Shown one piece after another: positions 60,413 to 64,000 of a stretch of 64,000 nucleotides of DNA. Each line of letters begins with the position of its first letter. Position 1 is the first letter of the stretch. The stretch is from Spizellomyces punctatus DAOM BR117. Its lineage: Eukaryota. The position numbers and the translations under genes were made by a program. Below the pieces are notes generated by a model. It was not told the DNA's origin. It saw only the letters and a program-made list of their open reading frames with translations, and searched no databases. Location of the stretch: NCBI GenBank assembly GCA_000182565.2, contig KQ257452.1; one strand, written 5' to 3'.

Positions 60413-61817
60413 TTAGCAGGCTCCGAGTAATGAAATATGCGCGTGCTCAATGTGATACTAAAATGGGGCAATGAGTCAAATGCGCATGAAAATAACGTGC
60501 ATGAAAGATCTTTACCTTGAGACCATTAAGATTTTTGTACCGTTTTCCACAATCAGGAACAGTGCATTGGTATGGTTTGTGAATGATATTGTTCATTTCT
60601 GGGTCCCCAGTGTCCTCACAGTGTCCGTGCTGCATGTGGTATTTGAGACCACCGGGATTCTTGTACGCCTTGGTGCAGCCCATCACCTTGCACTTGTATG
60701 GGCGATCGTCCTTTTGGGAATCGTCTGTCACCATGGCCATTGCATCGTAAGACATCGGTGTTTGTCCAGCTGCTGCAGGGGCGATAACGGGAGTATCAAA
60801 GTTGGGGAGAGCAAGCGAGGCGGCGGTGGGTAGATGGAGGGGTTGGAGGTTAAGTGCAGCAGGAAGGGAGGGAGGACAGAGGGATTGTGGCATCGAGACG
60901 GGCGCTGGAGATGGGGAAGGAGCGGCAGCAGGAGCTGGTGTCGGAGCTGGGGAAGGTGTTTGCACGACCGATGGCGACGGCGCAACTGGTGGCTCGTCAA
61001 TGTCCATATCGCTAACCATCTGAGTCGGTCCGTCTACGCTAAACGGCAGCGTGGGTTGTTGCTCTGGCTGCTGTGCAGGTTTGACTTTTTTGACCCGGGT
61101 AGAGGTGGGGCCAGAGGTGACGCGTTTACGTATCACTGATGTGTCAAAGGCAGATGCAGTCGAACCGGATCGATTGCTAATTCGGTAATCTTCGGAAAAG
61201 ATGTCAGACAAGGCGACTGCTTGTGTTGGGTTGGTTTGGGATTGCAAGAGCTGGGATTTGAGGTAAATGTCGGAAAAGGTGGTGGGATGTGAGGAAACGC
61301 TGTCGCCGTCGCTCATGTCCGTGTCCATCTCGTCCATACTCTCAAACTCAAAAGGGAGATCCTCGTCCTCGTCGACATCGGATTCGACGCGGACATGGCA
61401 CTCTTCAAAATGTTGTAGCAGATCATGCAGGTTTCCTAGGTTCATGCCACAGCAGAAAAAGTCTTTGCAGAACCGGTCTTCAAGTCCGGCAAAGTGCGCC
61501 AGCTCGTGTGCTGGCGATGCAGCAACCACGGGAGACCGTGCGCCAAATTGAAAGTTGTAAACACTGGGAACCGGGTGAGCTTTCGGGAAACGATGCACAA
61601 AGCAAGCACACTACACGCATACATACTCTAAAAATCCTTCTCTTGTATAACTGTTGCGACCAAAGCTCCCTGTAAAAGAGCGGCCAAGACTGGTGCCGAG
61701 AGATTTTCCCAAGCTCCCAATAATGGAGAAACGTCTTCTGTACGCAGCTGTGTCACCGCCGGGTGTTGCTGGTGAGCACGCCATTGCTATAGGCATGGAA
61801 ACGTCGATCGCTGGCAT
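60413..61817 (-). CDS. SFP1: Split zinc-finger transcription factor Sfp1
   Basis: 'FCKDFFCCG..LHDLLQHFEECH' and C-terminal fingers 'RPYKC..GC.KAYKNPGGLKYH..HGH', 'KPYQC...CGKRYKNLNGLK|YHIEHAH'. Confidence 0.92.
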
Positions 61818-63557
61818 GGCGAACGGGTTACGATTGTTAAGCGTAAGCTGAAGCTAAATACGCTGAAAAGGGGGGCGGGGGGAGGAGGGATTTCGGTCTT
61901 TATATAAAAGCGCGTCTTTGACAAGTCACGCTATGCACAGGGTGTCCCAAAGGGGTGGAGGAAAAAGGATTGGGCCAAAAGGTGCGGGGAAGAGACAAAA
62001 GGTGAAGCGCAGCTCCAATTGCTCGTAGTCGTTTGCAGTTGTGTGTGCGTGTATGTGTGTAATTAAGAGTATTGCAATGCTTCCGATAGTTTCGTATTGC
62101 GTAGATTCTATAGGTAAAACATGTAAAGAAAGGTGAGCCGGAACTGATGCGACGCGTAGGGATTTTTGACAGCCGACACCATTCTTATAATCATGAAACG
62201 GGTCCATAGCCTAATCTCATCATCCAATAACAAATCCCCCAAAATAGCGAGAGAGAAAGAATAGTAGGAGCTATTTCTTGTCTCCCTTCCAAGTTGCATA
62301 GCTATTGCGCTCCATTTCCTGACGAGGCCCTCAAAGGGCGTGGCGTCCCTACGCCAAAATGCGGGCGTATCACAAAAACAGCTCCTACTCCACCCCTGCT
62401 CCCCCCAACTGTCCAATATCTCTTTATCGTTTTGCATATCTAGGTATCAGGTATAGCATATACCTGGTTACCGCAGTTTATCCGGTCGTGTTGCGCAGTT
62501 GAGGAACAAGCACAGAGAGAGACACGGAAAGAGTGTGCGGGCTCGAGACAGGCAATGCGAGAAACTGCGAGAGCAATATACACACCGAGCATGCCCGATT
62601 CTTGTGCAAAACGCTACGAGTTGCCCTTTTTTATCCCTTCCAATTCCTCCATCCCGGCTTTTTGTAGTTGCCCAACAGATTACAGTACCGATAACCCAAA
62701 CACTTTAGGCCCTTTTTTTGCGAATATCACACGAGCGACATTTGCATCACATATCACTCTCGTACGTCATACACAATGTACAAAAGGAGCGGAACTCCCC
62801 TGGACGGTCCCTTTATTCCCCCCTCACCGGAGCGTGGCCACCGTGATTGCACACGACCAGCCGCACCAACCATTGCCAACAAAACCTACCTTTTACTCTT
62901 GTTGTCCTCGTCCTCGTCGTCGTCGTGGTCGTCGTGATCGTTTCGTACGGAAGGCGCGTGTGGGGAAAAAAGTGTGAAATTCCTATTTAAACTGTTTCGC
63001 CCTCGTCAAGCGACGGGAAGCCAAACACGCGGATAAAATTACAAGCTTTTTGCTTTTGGGATGCAAATTGCATTTGAACCACTTTCACATATACAGATAT
63101 GGAGGGCATGGATTCAATTGGAATGTGGATTGTGAAATTTATGTTGCTTTTTTTATTTTTACTATTGCAATTTTTATTTTAGATACAACCTCGGTCAGGG
63201 ACTTGGGGGATGGTGTGACGCTGTCACCATGCTTGCCCTATTCACATGCTTATGTCCCCAACCGATTGTATTTTTACCCGTTGTGTTCCATCTTGATGGA
63301 CCCTTTTGCATTCGAGTGTGGCGATCGTGTTGGCGACGTACCAAGGGGTGTTGGCACCCGTGGCAAAGGGTGGAAGCCAATCAGATGCCTGGAGGGTGTG
63401 TGGGATGGATACTGATGTGGTGCATTCGAATGCAAAGAAGGAGGGGTCTACCATGGACTGCAGGGGTTTTGTGTGTTGCAGACTTGACACGGTGTCTCTC
63501 TAAAACCTCCGAATTTCCAATTGTTTGGCTACACGGACATGTGACAGAGCGTGTCCA

Positions 63558-63657
63558 NNNNNNNNNNNNNNNNNNNNNNNNNNNNNNNNNNNNNNNNNNN
63601 NNNNNNNNNNNNNNNNNNNNNNNNNNNNNNNNNNNNNNNNNNNNNNNNNNNNNNNNN
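63558..63657. other. Assembly gap (100 N)
   Basis: Run of N. Confidence 1.
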
Positions 63658-64000
63658 CATCATGTACTCTCTCACACCCGACCGACACCAACATGCCTCT
63701 TCCTGTCGCTTCAATACCTCTCTGCATTCGCATACGCACAGCCAAAACACTCTAGCAACGGGTCATCGCTGACCCCGTTGTTCCTCTTCACGTCGGCTCT
63801 ATCACTTGCCGATTCGTTCCTCAATGACTCGCCGCTAACATTGGCCCAATACGAACAAGCAAGCGGGTTGTCACGAATAAAAATTGCGAAAACCCGAACA
63901 ATGATCTGCGAAACACTGGAATGGAGGTTGGCCGTACCAGAGCAAGTCTTTGTCCGCTGGACAGCATTTTTAAAGACATTGATGAGAAGACCGCATGTGA
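63658..64000 (+). repeat. Exact duplicate of 26146-26488 (internal part of the cyclin gene)
   Basis: 343 nt, identical by eye, starting immediately after the gap. Confidence 0.95.

Noticed and set aside
63099-63557. Possible spliced ORF running into the gap
   Set aside because: An open frame exists but has no recognisable motif and is truncated by Ns.
1-64000. CRISPR arrays, tRNA/rRNA genes, intact transposases, U12-type introns
   Set aside because: None recognised by eye; RTATCCT-like strings noticed were not at required splice donors.

Overview
Gene-dense eukaryotic DNA with many short GT-AG introns, most likely from a zoosporic (chytrid-like) fungus: it carries fungal-type SFP1, ATP11 and YAP-like bZIP genes together with the ciliary dynein-2 subunit WDR34. 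About 25 protein genes are supported, including AKR, CstF-50, ABHD11, LST8, WDR34, a Notum/pectin acetylesterase, a cyclin, ATP11, an S6K/Psk1-like kinase, an F-box protein, a bZIP, QCR6, a PIG3-like reductase, a DnaJ, CLD1/ABHD4, a bacterial-type ferritin, UPF3, a PhoD-like protein, a 2OG-Fe(II) oxygenase and SFP1. An accessory, decaying island lies at ~12-25 kb. A 100-N gap near the end is followed by an exact copy of 26146-26488. The standout observation is two diverged paralogous minus-strand loci (~34300-34770 and ~51180-51800). Each has a TATA box, a candidate intron at the equivalent position and a small ORF with the motif WCRGPRPPD..YYY. They share a multi-stem RNA fold with compensatory changes and a predicted long-range pseudoknot, and match no RNA family I recognise. 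All exon boundaries, alignments and base pairings were read by eye; no searches or folding programs were run.
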